Numbered from the stretch's first letter, positions 39,376-50,275 are shown. The stretch: 64,000 bases of DNA from Nitrososphaerota archaeon (GCA_016184315.1 JACPCU010000010.1:10035-74034); one strand, 5' to 3'. A program made the numbers and translations. The notes: a model not told the origin generated them from the letters alone.

Positions 39376-40665
39376 ATGCTTGACGTTAAGCTGGTGCGGG
39401 AGAAGCCTGACGCTGTGAGAGAGATGCTGAGGTTAAGGAAGGTGAGTTTCCACTTGGACGAATTGCTGGATCTAGATGTGAAGAGGAGGAATTTGATCAC
39501 CGAGGCCCAGCAGTTGAAGACTAGGCGGAACCGTGTCTCAGAGGAGATAGCTTCCCTTAGAAAACAGGGTAAGGATAACGCATCCCAAATAGAGGAGATG
39601 AGGCAGATAGGAGACAGGATCAATCAGATCGACGGTGAGACGAAGACTGTGGAGAACTGTTTCCAAGAATTGATGTCTGCTCTACCTAATTTCATTGATA
39701 CTTCCGTTCCCATTGGCGAAGGGGAGCAGGATAACGTTGAGCTGAGAAAATGGGGTGAACCCAGAGCCTTCGACTTTGAGGTTAAGGATCACATCGCTCT
39801 TGGTGAGAAGCTAGATCTGATAGATGTGGAGAGGGCTGGTAAAGTAGCTGGAGCCAGATTCTACTATCTTAAGGGAGACCTTGTGAAGCTGAACTATGCT
39901 TTAGTCAACTTCGCCTTGGACTTCATCCGTTCAAAAGGCTACATCCTGATTCAGCCTCCATACATGTTGAGAAGGGAAGCCATTGCAGGTGCAGTGATGT
40001 TCTCAGACTTTGAGGATGTCATCTACAAAGTTGAAGGTGAGGATTTATACCTGATCGGGACTGCTGAACATGCTATAGCAGCTATGCACATGGATGAAGT
40101 TTTTTCGGCTAGTGCTCTTCCTCTTCGCTACGCTGGCGTAAGCCCCTGCTTCAGGAAGGAGGCTGGAGCTCATGGGAGGGATACTAAGGGAATCTTCAGA
40201 GTGCACCAGTTCGAAAAGGTGGAGCAGTTCATCTTCTGTAAACCTGAAGAATCATGGAAAGAACATGAATCCCTGCTCAAAAACGCGGAGGAATTCTTCC
40301 AGGCTCTTGGGTTGCCTCATCGGGTTATGCTTCTCTGCTCCGCTGATCTTGGGAAGATTTCGGCGAAGACTTATGATCTTGAGGTTTGGCTTCCGGGGCA
40401 GGGCAAATATCGTGAAGCAGTGTCGTGCAGCAACTGCACAGATTACCAAGCGAGGAGACTTCGAGTCAAAGTGAGGGATAAGCCTCATGATGAGGCTAAG
40501 CTTACCCACACTTTGAACAGTACTCTTGTAGCAACGGAGAGAGCGTTAATAGCTATTATGGAGAATTATCAGCAGAGGGATGGCAGCATAGATGTTCCCA
40601 GCGTATTGCAACCGTACATTGGAGACATAAAGACGATACGCGGCGAGGGAAAACATACTGCTTAA
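39376..40665 (+). CDS. serS: Seryl-tRNA synthetase
   Basis: N-terminal coiled coil; GTAE, FRKEAG, FRVHQFEKVEQF, SCSNC, HTLN. Confidence 0.97.
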   Translation: MLDVKLVREKPDAVREMLRLRKVSFHLDELLDLDVKRRNLITEAQQLKTRRNRVSEEIASLRKQGKDNASQIEEMRQIGDRINQIDGETKTVENCFQELMSALPNFIDTSVPIGEGEQDNVELRKWGEPRAFDFEVKDHIALGEKLDLIDVERAGKVAGARFYYLKGDLVKLNYALVNFALDFIRSKGYILIQPPYMLRREAIAGAVMFSDFEDVIYKVEGEDLYLIGTAEHAIAAMHMDEVFSASALPLRYAGVSPCFRKEAGAHGRDTKGIFRVHQFEKVEQFIFCKPEESWKEHESLLKNAEEFFQALGLPHRVMLLCSADLGKISAKTYDLEVWLPGQGKYREAVSCSNCTDYQARRLRVKVRDKPHDEAKLTHTLNSTLVATERALIAIMENYQQRDGSIDVPSVLQPYIGDIKTIRGEGKHTA

Positions 40666-40698
40666 ATTGCCCATGTATTTTTTACGGTGCGTCAAACA

Positions 40699-41403
40699 AT
40701 GCCCGCAAGGAGCACTAAGGTCAGGGATCGGTGGCGAGAAAAGGCTTGGGTAGTGGTGGAAGCGCCATCCGTGTTCAACAGGATGCCTGTAGCATACATA
40801 CCCGTCACCGACAAGGATCGTGCAGCTGGAAGAGTAATTGAGACGACTCTGTTCGACATTATGAAGCAGGATCCTCAGCAAATAGCCCAGAAGCTCTACT
40901 TCCAAGTAGCTGGGATTGAGGGCAATACTGCCAAGACTGTTCTCAAAAGCTACGAGTATTCCCGTGAGTATCTGAGGAGCCTTGTGCGCAGAGGCAGTAG
41001 CATGGTGAACTACATTAACGATTACACCACCAAAGATGGTTGCGTGGTCAGGATTTACACAGTGGTTCTAACCGTGGGCAGGCTCAACTCTTCTAGGAAG
41101 CATGCTGTCAGAATGGCTGTTGACCATGTTCTCAAAGAGAAGGCTTCAAACCTAACGTACCAGTATTTCGCGCATGAAGTCATCTTGGGGAAGACTGCTT
41201 CAGAGATCTATGATGAGGCTAAGAAGGTTGTTCAGCTCAGACATGCAGGAGTGAGGAAGACGAAGCTGATCAAGCTGGGCGAATCCGTGTCAGATGAACC
41301 TATGGAGCTCCCAGCTGCAGTCGAAGAGGAAGCAGCTGGAGAAGGAGATGAAGAACTGGAAGACACGGATGAAGAGAAGGAAGCAGCTCCAGCTGCAGCC
41401 TAG
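40699..41403 (+). CDS. rps3ae: 30S ribosomal protein S3Ae (eS1)
   Basis: DRWREK.W..V.AP..F, GRVIETTL, REYLRSLVRRGSS. Confidence 0.95.
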   Translation: MPARSTKVRDRWREKAWVVVEAPSVFNRMPVAYIPVTDKDRAAGRVIETTLFDIMKQDPQQIAQKLYFQVAGIEGNTAKTVLKSYEYSREYLRSLVRRGSSMVNYINDYTTKDGCVVRIYTVVLTVGRLNSSRKHAVRMAVDHVLKEKASNLTYQYFAHEVILGKTASEIYDEAKKVVQLRHAGVRKTKLIKLGESVSDEPMELPAAVEEEAAGEGDEELEDTDEEKEAAPAAA

Positions 41404-42602
41404 CCTCTCCTACCCGTGGCCACAATCTTCACAACATCAGAGTCCTGCATCTCATAGTCAGCCCCTAGTCTTACACCTGTCTTAGCGTTGAGAGCGTAGA
41501 GGAAGGTTCTTCCGAGCTCGCTGTGAACCTTAGACGCCAAATCCTTGGCTGTGCTACCTTTCTTCACCACATATGCGTCAGGAAGTACATTACCCTTCCT
41601 GTCCGAAAGCTTGTTTTCATCCTCCACAGGGTAAACCACTATGCCTCCCCACAAATCTAAGTACGCCGAGTTGATAGCCTGTTGAACCCCCGTTGAGCCC
41701 CAAGAATTCAAGACCTTTTCCGAGACCAGATCCAAGGCTTTCCGTTGCTCAGTCTTCAAACCAGCCTCATCGTTGACGGTGAAGGAGGAATCACCAGGCA
41801 GATACTTGATCAAGCCTCTCTGAGAAGCTCTTCTGAGTAGAAGTTCAGCTTCAGCAGCGCAGGGAATGACCTTTCTAACAGCCTTCAGCCTTCCAATATT
41901 CTTGAGAGATGAAGGCAGATCAGCCTTGTTCGCAGCTATGAGCGCAGGCTTGGACGCCTCCCTCAAACTCTGAGAGAAGTTGGATAGATCTTCATTACTC
42001 CAGCCTGTAGGTCTATCCGCCTTCAACCCCATCTTTTGAATCACGCCAAGAATATCGTTCTCGCCTATCGATAAGCCAGACAGACGCTCAGTAAGGATCG
42101 TTATCAGCTTACCTGCCCTAGACTCAGCTGTTCTAGCGATGCGAGCCCAATCCTTCTGCAATATGCTTTGAAGCCACAAGTCGAACTCTCTTTCAACAAA
42201 CTCTATGTCCTGCATAGGGTCAGAGTCCCCTGAAGGACAGGGCCTACCCTCTTGATCTGTCAACCCTGATGCGTCAACCACATGGATCAAAACATCTGCC
42301 TGCCTGAGATCGTCGAGAAACTTGTTTCCCAAACCCCTTCCCTCCGAAGCGCCGGGGACGAGTCCTGCAACATCTACAAGCTTGACAGGTATGAGCCTGT
42401 TATGATCGATGCACAGAGAGTTGACGGGATTGTCTTTCACATCAAGGGTCTTGCAGACACATGGCACTCTGAGGTATGCCACGCCAAAATTAGGCTCGAC
42501 AGTGGTGAAAGGGTAGTTGGCCATAGGGGCGCTGAGGAGTGTTGCAGCGTTGAAGAAGGTGGACTTCCCGGTGTTGGGTTTGCCGATTATCCCTGTGATC
42601 AT
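41400..42602 (-). CDS. ychF: Redox-regulated ATPase YchF (Obg family)
   Basis: [25 protein letters not shown]; C-terminal TGS domain. Confidence 0.95.
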   Translation of the reverse strand: MITGIIGKPNTGKSTFFNAATLLSAPMANYPFTTVEPNFGVAYLRVPCVCKTLDVKDNPVNSLCIDHNRLIPVKLVDVAGLVPGASEGRGLGNKFLDDLRQADVLIHVVDASGLTDQEGRPCPSGDSDPMQDIEFVEREFDLWLQSILQKDWARIARTAESRAGKLITILTERLSGLSIGENDILGVIQKMGLKADRPTGWSNEDLSNFSQSLREASKPALIAANKADLPSSLKNIGRLKAVRKVIPCAAEAELLLRRASQRGLIKYLPGDSSFTVNDEAGLKTEQRKALDLVSEKVLNSWGSTGVQQAINSAYLDLWGGIVVYPVEDENKLSDRKGNVLPDAYVVKKGSTAKDLASKVHSELGRTFLYALNAKTGVRLGADYEMQDSDVVKIVATGRRG

Positions 42603-42690
42603 CCAAGCCGTGATCAGAAGATTCCCCGCTATAAAGCCAACACGCAAATCTGAGCCTATCTCAAAACATACCTGCCTTACACGCGTAGAA

Positions 42691-42876
42691 AGGAGCCCCC
42701 ACCCCTACACCACCGCAAACAACCCAGCAAACACCACCCCGTCAAACCACCCCGCAGCAACCAGAAAACACCCCCAACAAAACAAAAACAGCCGAAACCA
42801 AACCCCGAACCAATAAAAACCCCCCTAGGAGACAACCCCCAACACACACGCACAAGCCACCCAGCAAAAACAAAAG
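42691..42876. other. Low-complexity A/C-rich intergenic tract
   Basis: Only 4 T counted in ~186 nt on the + strand; dominated by runs of A and C. Confidence 0.85.
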
Positions 42877-42932
42877 TCTTGAGATAGATTCTCTGCGGGG
42901 AACCGTTATAACCACGTCGCCAAATGCTCTGA

Positions 42933-43871
42933 GTGAGAAAGGAGTTGGGCTTCAAAGCACTGGTCTGCGACACCGTTGCGGAAACAGGTTTGAAAGCGTT
43001 AAAGGAAGCAGGTTTCGAAGTCAACTACAAGCCAGAGATCTCAGAGCAGGACTTAGCGGAGACTGTAGGTGACTACGATGTTTTAGTGGTTAGAAGCAGA
43101 ACACGAGTCACGAAGGAAATCATTGATACAGCGAAGAAGCTGAAGGCTGTTGGGAGAGCAGGCTCGGGGGTTGACAACATTGATGTGAAGGCTGCTCAGG
43201 CTAAGGGAATAGCGGTGGTGAATTCTCCAGAGGCTCTTACAAACGGCGTAGCAGAACTGGTCATCGGGCTTATGATTTCAGCGGCGAGAGGGATTCCGAA
43301 GGCCGATGCAGCTGTTAGGAGAGGTGAGTGGCCCAAGCAAGGCATAATGGGCACAGAGCTCAGAGGTAAGACTCTTGGAATAGTCGGGATGGGTAAGATA
43401 GGTCTTAGATTAGCGAAGTTCGCCAACGTTTTCGACATGAAGATCTTGGGTTATGACGTTGTTAAGATCGATGAAAAGATTCTTGCAGAGGTAGGCGCCA
43501 AGATCGTTGATTTAGACTCTCTTCTTAGAGAATCAGATTTCGTTTCGATACATGTGCCCCTGCTCACTGAGACACGGCAGATGATCAACGCTTACAAGAT
43601 AGGGTTAATGAAGAGCTCAGCCTTCCTCATCAACACCTCTCGAGGAAAAGTCATCGATGAAAATGCTCTATACGAAACGTTGAGCCAGAAGAAGATCCGG
43701 GGAGCGGCTCTTGACGTGTTTGAAAGTGAGCCTCCCGTCGGAAGCAAGATAATCACCTTGCCCAACGTGATCTGCACGCCACACATAGGCTCACAGACCG
43801 TTGAATCTCAAGACTTGACGACTACTTTGCTGGCGGAGAAACTTATTGACGCTCTGAAAAGACATGGATAA
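42933..43871 (+). CDS. D-2-hydroxyacid dehydrogenase (phosphoglycerate dehydrogenase-like)
   Basis: GRAGSGVDNID, GIVGMGKIG, INTSRG, ALDVF, TPHIG. Confidence 0.92.
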   Translation: MRKELGFKALVCDTVAETGLKALKEAGFEVNYKPEISEQDLAETVGDYDVLVVRSRTRVTKEIIDTAKKLKAVGRAGSGVDNIDVKAAQAKGIAVVNSPEALTNGVAELVIGLMISAARGIPKADAAVRRGEWPKQGIMGTELRGKTLGIVGMGKIGLRLAKFANVFDMKILGYDVVKIDEKILAEVGAKIVDLDSLLRESDFVSIHVPLLTETRQMINAYKIGLMKSSAFLINTSRGKVIDENALYETLSQKKIRGAALDVFESEPPVGSKIITLPNVICTPHIGSQTVESQDLTTTLLAEKLIDALKRHG

Positions 43872-43906
43872 CTTTAAGAAGCATACTTCATAGGAAGTGC
43901 GATCCC

Positions 43907-44365
43907 ATGTACCGATACATCAACGAAGCTTGGAGGAAGCAGTGGAATGACAACGCTGCACAAACAAGAAACAGATTAGTATCCTGGCGCCGAGGCCCCA
44001 CCATTGTCCGTGAAGAAAGACCCATGAGGCTTGATAGGGCAAGGGCCGTAGGCTACAAGGCTAAGCAGGGATTCGTCGCCGTAAGAATCAGGGTTTCAAG
44101 GGGAGGCATGAGGAGAGAGAGACCACGCTCAGGTCGAAGACCCAAGCATATGGGTGTACTGAGGATCAAGTCTTCTGTGAATACTAGGATAGTAGCTGAG
44201 AACAGGGTGGCGAAGAGATACCCGAATCTGAAGGCTTTGAACTCATACGTGCTTTACCGGGACGGGAAATACGCGTGGTACGAAGTTATACTGGTGGATC
44301 CGCAGCATCCAGCCATCCAGAGTGACAAAGATCTTAGGTGGCTCACGGCAAGCGTCGCTGCGTAA
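43907..44365 (+). CDS. rpl15e: 50S ribosomal protein L15e
   Basis: RLDRAR.VGYKAKQG; YEVILVDP.HPAI. Confidence 0.97.
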   Translation: MYRYINEAWRKQWNDNAAQTRNRLVSWRRGPTIVREERPMRLDRARAVGYKAKQGFVAVRIRVSRGGMRRERPRSGRRPKHMGVLRIKSSVNTRIVAENRVAKRYPNLKALNSYVLYRDGKYAWYEVILVDPQHPAIQSDKDLRWLTASVAA

Positions 44366-44366
44366 C

Positions 44367-45377
44367 CTAGAAACGTTTCTCGCTGCTGTGTCCGGGAAAG
44401 ACCTGTGACTTGGGGTCAACGTAGTTTTTCGCTCGGTTGACAGCTATAGTGGCCTGAGCAAAGCCCGTAGCGATAAGGTTAAGCTTAGTTGTCCCGGTCT
44501 GAACAGCTATGTCTCCTGCGGCAAATATGCCTTGCACCCCAGTCTCCATTAGACCGTTGATCTTGATCATGTTGTTCTCGAAGGGAAGCCCCCAGTTGGC
44601 TACGGGTGAAAGATCTGCAGTTACTCCTATTCCTATCAGAACAGTATCAGCTGGTATTGTTTCCTCTTCGCTGGTCTTGTTGTTGAAGACTTTGACTGCT
44701 TGGACACTGTTTTCGCCTGCCACTTCTCTGAGCTCGCAGGGAATCTTGACCTCCACATTTGAGTGGAAGAGCTCTATGAGGCTGCTCTCCTTGGCGCGGA
44801 AGGTGCCGCTTCTATGAATCAGTGTTACTTTGCTGGCCCAGTCTTTCAATGTGAGTGCCCAGCTCACTGCGGTGTCCCCTCCACCTACTATGATGACTCT
44901 TTTTCCTCGGAAGTCGCCTTCGTGTTCCACATGGTAGTGGACCCCTCTGCCCTCCAGCCGGTTCGCGCTGGGGATGTCGAGTTTGTTGATGGAGATAGCT
45001 CCAGCTCCTATGCATATTACGACTGACTTAGATATGTGCACCGCGTTATCAGTCTCCAGCCGCATCAAGGAGTCTTGGCGAGTCAAGCCTATGACTTTCT
45101 CGTTCATGACCATCTTAGGCTTGAACTGTGACGCCTGCTCCACAAGATGCTTAACCAGTTCCTTGGCGAGGAGCCTCGGGTAGCCGGGTATGTCGTAGAT
45201 GAACATGTCCGGGTAGAGCACACTGAGCTGCCCTCCGGGCTCGCTTCTAGCGTCTATGATCTTGGTCTTCATGTTTCGGATTCCGGCGTAGAAGGCGCCG
45301 AAGAGGCCTGCGGGACCAGCGCCGATGATCGTAATGTCGTAGACATCGTTGTCGACGGGTTTCTGCGAACTCTCCAT
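44367..45377 (-). CDS. TrxR-like ferredoxin--NADP+ reductase (YumC type)
   Basis: GAGPAG, GGQL..LYP..IYDIPG and GGGDTA; lacks the CxxC of true TrxR; PGHSS tail. Confidence 0.85.
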   Translation of the reverse strand: MESSQKPVDNDVYDITIIGAGPAGLFGAFYAGIRNMKTKIIDARSEPGGQLSVLYPDMFIYDIPGYPRLLAKELVKHLVEQASQFKPKMVMNEKVIGLTRQDSLMRLETDNAVHISKSVVICIGAGAISINKLDIPSANRLEGRGVHYHVEHEGDFRGKRVIIVGGGDTAVSWALTLKDWASKVTLIHRSGTFRAKESSLIELFHSNVEVKIPCELREVAGENSVQAVKVFNNKTSEEETIPADTVLIGIGVTADLSPVANWGLPFENNMIKINGLMETGVQGIFAAGDIAVQTGTTKLNLIATGFAQATIAVNRAKNYVDPKSQVFPGHSSEKRF

Positions 45378-45463
45378 CTACCTCTGACCACTCGCTCTAA
45401 AAGAAGCGTGATTGCTACGGTATAAACCTGACTAGGTGAAGCGTAGAATGGCTCCTCATCCGG

Positions 45464-45826
45464 TTAAAGCAGCTTCAGGTCCCCTGTCAACGGGTCGAGC
45501 TCATCTGAAGGAGCAGGGCCGATGCCCATGCAGGTAACCGTGGAAGGAGGGAGCTGAGTAAGACCACGATCCTCTATGAGCGCAACGGGAAGCCTTTTCT
45601 GTTCAGCTCTGCGTTTCAGCTCCAATAACTCTTCAAGGGAGCTGACTTTCACAGCTATCTTAGCTTGACCTTCTTGGAGCCATCGGTCAAACCACTCTCT
45701 CTTCCTACTTCTAGCCTCTTCAGCTGCAGCCAAAGCTGCATGGGCTACTTGGACAGCAGTCTTGCCTCTACCCATCTTGAGGTCACCTCTGACGACGATT
45801 ACCTGTTTGAACCTGAACTCGGACAT
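45464..45826 (-). CDS. pth2: Peptidyl-tRNA hydrolase Pth2
   Basis: KQVIVVR.DLKMGRGK..VQVAHA, D.GLTQ, GIGP, TGDLKLL. Confidence 0.97.
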   Translation of the reverse strand: MSEFRFKQVIVVRGDLKMGRGKTAVQVAHAALAAAEEARSRKREWFDRWLQEGQAKIAVKVSSLEELLELKRRAEQKRLPVALIEDRGLTQLPPSTVTCMGIGPAPSDELDPLTGDLKLL

Positions 45827-45891
45827 CTCCTAGAGCAATAGTGTTAAATCTACATCTTGAATAAGTCTTCCGCCTTCCATTTCAGTAAGCG

Positions 45892-47067
45892 GTGCCCATA
45901 GCCATGCAGCCGGATCTCGATGTCATCATAATAGGGGGAGGAGTCTCAGGACTAATCTCTGCGAGAGAACTCTCTAAACGAGGCTACTCAGTCAAACTGT
46001 TTGAGGAAGACTTGGAGATCGGTGTCCCCGAACATTGCGACGGTATGGTCAGCGCCAAAGGACTGAGTGAACTGGGCGTCATACCGAGCAGTAGAAGCCT
46101 AGAAAACGAGATACGGCGAGCAATTCTACACTCACCTAGTGGTTTTACACTGGAGATCAACGCGGATAAACAGGGAACAGTAGTGTTGGATCGCAGCGTC
46201 TTCGATCGAGAGTTAGCCGTCTACGCGTCTAGATCTGGGACGGACATCCAGCTGGGGAAGAGGGTGGAAACAGTGAAAGAGGAGGAAAGCATTGTTCGAG
46301 CAGCAGTAAACAGCGGGACGTTGACTGCAAGATACGTTGTCGACGCCAGGGGATGCGCAGCGTCAGCAAACCGGTGGAGGGGCAGACTGCTGCAGGCAGC
46401 AAAGTATGAGGTTCAGGGCAAATGGTTTGATAGAGATGCTGTTGAACTCTTCTTCGATCAGAATGTTTCCCCTGGGTTCTTCACTTGGGTCATTCCTATT
46501 GGTGATGATCAGGCGAAGGTGGGGGTGGCAGGGTCAACTATCAATCCATTCAAAGTCTTGGATAAGTTTCTTGAGAAAAGGTCGTCTAAGGTGTTGAAGA
46601 AGGTTGCTGCGCCAATAGTGGTGGGAGGACCCGCGCCACACTTTTCCTTATCAAGGGTTGTTTCTGTGGGTGATGCAGCTGGGCAGGCCAAGCCTACTAC
46701 GGGAGGGGGTATCTACACTGGGGGCATGGGTGGTCTTTTAGCTGGGAAAGCTTTGGCGGATTGCCTTGACGCTGGTGACGGTAGGCGTCTAGAGAAGTAT
46801 GAAGAGACTTGGGTGAAGATGTTCGGTAAGGAGTTCAAAGCGATGGTGAGAGTTAGGAGGATGCTTGGAGGGTTGAGCAACAAGCGTGTGGATGAGCTGT
46901 TCAAGGCTGTTGGTGGATCAGGTCTATTGGAGAAAGTGTCTCCTCAGGGGGACTTCGACTTTCACTCAAGGGCTATTTTGAAGGCTTTGGGGTTTGAGGG
47001 GGCGTTGAAGATTGTGGGAGAAGCTGCTGTGTCAGAGTTGCGGAGCCTTTTTTCTGGAAAAATCTGA
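45892..47067 (+). CDS. Geranylgeranyl reductase-family FAD oxidoreductase
   Basis: GGGVSG, P.HC.G, F.WVIP, VGDAAGQAKPTTGGGI. Confidence 0.88.
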   Translation: MPIAMQPDLDVIIIGGGVSGLISARELSKRGYSVKLFEEDLEIGVPEHCDGMVSAKGLSELGVIPSSRSLENEIRRAILHSPSGFTLEINADKQGTVVLDRSVFDRELAVYASRSGTDIQLGKRVETVKEEESIVRAAVNSGTLTARYVVDARGCAASANRWRGRLLQAAKYEVQGKWFDRDAVELFFDQNVSPGFFTWVIPIGDDQAKVGVAGSTINPFKVLDKFLEKRSSKVLKKVAAPIVVGGPAPHFSLSRVVSVGDAAGQAKPTTGGGIYTGGMGGLLAGKALADCLDAGDGRRLEKYEETWVKMFGKEFKAMVRVRRMLGGLSNKRVDELFKAVGGSGLLEKVSPQGDFDFHSRAILKALGFEGALKIVGEAAVSELRSLFSGKI

Positions 47068-47191
47068 TGCTAGCTTTGCAGTCAAAGCAGTTTTGCTGCG
47101 CTAGTTCAGGATATCTGAACCGAGGTTCTGTGTAAGACAGTGAACAAAACGGTTTATATGTTTCATGATGAGTTAGGGGTGGTAGGCTACA

Positions 47192-48238
47192 TTGGCCTTC
47201 GGCGTCGAGCTGACTGAGCTTATTCTCTTGACTATGACCATAACTACTGCGATAGTAGCCATCGGTATCCTTCTTGACGTCTCATCTAGGAAGCACAGAA
47301 GTAGGTATGGTCGCGCGGTGAAATACCTATTTGCCGTTGGCGCCATTCTTGGAGTAGCATTACCTTGGAATGAACAGGTCGGGTTAGTGGCCTCCCTAGT
47401 TGTCAGTGTGCTTCTACTGTTCCTGTCATTCGGCTATTATCTGATTGGAGGTAGGGTCAACACCTTCAAGTTTCTTTATTCAGCGTGGACTCCTCGTGAC
47501 CGCATCCGAGACTGGTTTCTTTACTTCTCTATTGTCACTGGTGTCATAGGAATAGTTTCAACGGTGCTCTCTGTGGTGATTCCGCCTTTTCTTTCCTTTG
47601 CAATGAGTCCGTTTATCCCAGTGGCTTTTGACTCTGTTTCTGTTCTATCCGCCCTGATGGAGTTCACCATCTATGTTCCGCCCCATCATAATATACTTGC
47701 CTTGGTCTACAACTTTGTCTTGCATTCCAATATGTCTCTGAACAGGGGAGAACCTTATGTTGAAGACCTCGATTTTCGAGCTCTAACTGAGGGCACCACT
47801 TTCACTAGTTTTGATGTTAGGGACGTGATGGAGGTCTTGGTGACTAGAGGTTTCGCGTCGAAGATTTCGCCAACGCCTCTAGGCAAAGTGGGTTTCAGTT
47901 TGAATGAGCAGGGAATGAAGTATCTGCAGGCAGTTTGGAGTGAAACATACTCGTTGTTTGTCAGGGAAAAGGATGGGATCGAGTCTGAAATCACGTATTT
48001 GTATGAGAGATTAAGGTTGTCACCAGAGATTGGCAAGGACGTGTCGAAGTCGGCAAATCAGAAGATCGAAGCGCTTCGCAGGCGTATTCTTCAGTTAACC
48101 GATGATTACGGTCTTATGGCTGAACAGTCTTGGCAGGATCGTCTAAACCAGAGACTGTCAGAATTGGAGCTGAGCTTGTCTAACAAGGCAGAGACTGTCG
48201 AGCGGGTGGATTCCGGATCATTGAAGCAAAATCAATGA
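47192..48238 (+). CDS. Hypothetical membrane protein
   Basis: About 5 N-terminal TMs followed by a helical cytoplasmic domain. Confidence 0.7.
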   Translation: MAFGVELTELILLTMTITTAIVAIGILLDVSSRKHRSRYGRAVKYLFAVGAILGVALPWNEQVGLVASLVVSVLLLFLSFGYYLIGGRVNTFKFLYSAWTPRDRIRDWFLYFSIVTGVIGIVSTVLSVVIPPFLSFAMSPFIPVAFDSVSVLSALMEFTIYVPPHHNILALVYNFVLHSNMSLNRGEPYVEDLDFRALTEGTTFTSFDVRDVMEVLVTRGFASKISPTPLGKVGFSLNEQGMKYLQAVWSETYSLFVREKDGIESEITYLYERLRLSPEIGKDVSKSANQKIEALRRRILQLTDDYGLMAEQSWQDRLNQRLSELELSLSNKAETVERVDSGSLKQNQ

Positions 48239-48365
48239 AGACTGATCTCGATCGTGCACGCTTCTGTCAAGATGTTCCGCTAAAAGTTCTCCTTTGTGTA
48301 GCTGCATAGGGTTGACTGTCGGGATGTTTCCGCGAGCTTTAAGAGCTATTGGCAGTTGAGTTTCT

Positions 48366-49217
48366 GTGGGAATGAGTCCTCTGGTCTTCCTTTTGCTTGT
48401 TTTTTTGGTTTCGATAGCGGCGGGGTTCCTCGGCTCACTTTTGGGTCTCGGCGGGGGAGTGATCGTAATACCTGTGTTGACACTGTTGTTTGATGTGGAT
48501 ATTCGCTTAGCTATTGGAGCAAGCATAGTCTCGGTCATAGCTACGTCTAGTGGAGCAGCTGCAGCATATGTGAGGGAGAAGATTACTAACATAAGGATCG
48601 GAATGTTTCTTGAGATAGCTACCACTATAGGCGCTGTTACGGGAGCCGTATTGGCTGCTTTAGTTCATGCAGAAATGCTCTTCACAGTGTTCGGTGTTAT
48701 TCTGGTTCTTTCTGTGATACCGTTGCTTAGGAAGATAAGTGGAGAACAAAACGTCAACACTGTTGGAGATCGCTGGGCTCAGAGTCTTGGGCTTGCAGGT
48801 CGTTATTACGATCAATCTCTTGGAAAAGAGGTCGAGTACAGAGCAGATAGAACTCCTTTAGGGTTTGGAATGATGTATGTTGCTGGCCTCATTTCCGGGT
48901 TGCTGGGAATAGGCAGTGGCCCCTTCAAGGTTCTTGCCATGGATTTAGGTATGCGTCTACCGGTGAAGGTTTCGAGTGCGACGAGCAACTTCATGATCGG
49001 TGTTACCGCGGCTGCAAGTGCGGGAATCTACTTTCTGAGAGGAGATGTGAATCCCTTTGTAGCTGCTCCGGTTGCACTCGGAGTTTTGTTGGGAGCCTCT
49101 GTGGGTGCACGTTGGCTTCCGAGGGTGAGGAATAACCTGATCAGAGGAGTATTCGCAGTGGTTTTGGTTGCGGTGGCTCTTCAGATGATTATACGGGGTG
49201 CTGGGGTGGGAGTCTAG
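48366..49217 (+). CDS. Sulfite exporter TauE/SafE family protein
   Basis: GSLLGLGGG, SGLLGIGSG, ATSNFMIGVTA. Confidence 0.92.
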   Translation: MGMSPLVFLLLVFLVSIAAGFLGSLLGLGGGVIVIPVLTLLFDVDIRLAIGASIVSVIATSSGAAAAYVREKITNIRIGMFLEIATTIGAVTGAVLAALVHAEMLFTVFGVILVLSVIPLLRKISGEQNVNTVGDRWAQSLGLAGRYYDQSLGKEVEYRADRTPLGFGMMYVAGLISGLLGIGSGPFKVLAMDLGMRLPVKVSSATSNFMIGVTAAASAGIYFLRGDVNPFVAAPVALGVLLGASVGARWLPRVRNNLIRGVFAVVLVAVALQMIIRGAGVGV

Positions 49218-49219
49218 GA

Positions 49220-49633
49220 ATGAATAATGGCCGTAAGAAAAGGTCTGCTGGTAGAAGCGAGTTAGCTCTTAGCCTTGTCTTGCGGTGGGGCGTCATATCG
49301 AGTGCAGCTGTGATTGTTCTGGGTGTCCTGCTGATGATATTTACGGGGAACAGTGGATACGGTGCTGGTCTGGACATGGGCAGGTTGCTGTTTTATGATG
49401 AGAGTAATTTGCCTCATCGGTTTTACCCAACAGATCTTCAGACGATTCTGTCTGGTCTTCTCTCCCTGAAGCCCTTTGCAGTCATAGACCTTGGTTTAGT
49501 AATGCTTGTTGGGACACCTGTAATGAGAGTTGGAATCTCAATACTGCTCTTTGGTTTGGAGGGGGATAGAAAGTATGTTGCCATTACAACCTTGGTCTTC
49601 CTTATTCTGATAATTGGCGTAGTCGCCTCTTAG
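49220..49633 (+). CDS. DUF1634 membrane protein
   Basis: LRWGV..S and G...L..TP..RV; usual TauE partner. Confidence 0.85.
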   Translation: MNNGRKKRSAGRSELALSLVLRWGVISSAAVIVLGVLLMIFTGNSGYGAGLDMGRLLFYDESNLPHRFYPTDLQTILSGLLSLKPFAVIDLGLVMLVGTPVMRVGISILLFGLEGDRKYVAITTLVFLILIIGVVAS

Positions 49634-49735
49634 CTGGCATATCGTTTAAGCTCGAGTTTTCTAATATCGGTTGATGTAACAGCTCACGGTTAGAAAGACA
49701 TATTACATTAATGTTTGAAGGTCGGTTTGACTGGT

Positions 49736-49918
49736 ATGTCTCAGGGTCAACTTCAGTTCCCCGCATGTACGTCTTGCAATAGGCCGATTACTCCCGGAGA
49801 GAAAGCTGTCAAGTTTTACTGCCCCGAGTGCGGGGAAGTATTGATATGGCGCTGCGAGAAGTGCAGGAAGTTTTCTAGGAGCTTTAAGTGTATCAACTGC
49901 GGCTTCGAAGGGCCTTAA
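49736..49918 (+). CDS. Small zinc-finger protein (DUF1610/HVO_2753 family)
   Basis: CTSC..FYCPECG..RCEKCR..C.NCGFEGP; upstream of aEF-1beta. Confidence 0.92.
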   Translation: MSQGQLQFPACTSCNRPITPGEKAVKFYCPECGEVLIWRCEKCRKFSRSFKCINCGFEGP

Positions 49919-49934
49919 GGAGTGGTAACCTTCC

Positions 49935-50222
49935 TTGGGTTCCCTTGTCTTCCGTATGAAGGTCTTGCCGTCGGACACAGGAATAGACTTGGATGCTCTT
50001 GTGAAGACTGTTCAGTCTAAGCTTCCATCAGAGATGCAGGTGCGGAGTAGTAGAAGGGAGCCTATTGCCTTCGGCTTGGAGGCATTACTGCTAGATATTA
50101 CTGCTCCTGACGAGGAGGGCATGGGTGATAAGCTTGAGAAGGCTTTGGGCGGCATCGATTCTGTCGGCAATGTGGAGATGGTTGGTGTCAGCAGGCTCTC
50201 CACGAGTGTCAAGATTAAGTAA
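49935..50222 (+). CDS. ef1b: Elongation factor 1-beta
   Basis: KVLP, EPIAFGL; synteny. Confidence 0.92.
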   Translation: MGSLVFRMKVLPSDTGIDLDALVKTVQSKLPSEMQVRSSRREPIAFGLEALLLDITAPDEEGMGDKLEKALGGIDSVGNVEMVGVSRLSTSVKIK

Positions 50223-50275
50223 CGTTTTTACCTGAAAAATGCTTCTACTTGGTTGTCTGCTGTGCGTGAGCTGAG

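Noticed and set aside
42517-43024. ORFs spanning the A/C-rich tract (99 aa +, 115 aa -)
   Set aside because: Low-complexity translations caused by base composition; they overlap the ychF and dehydrogenase starts.
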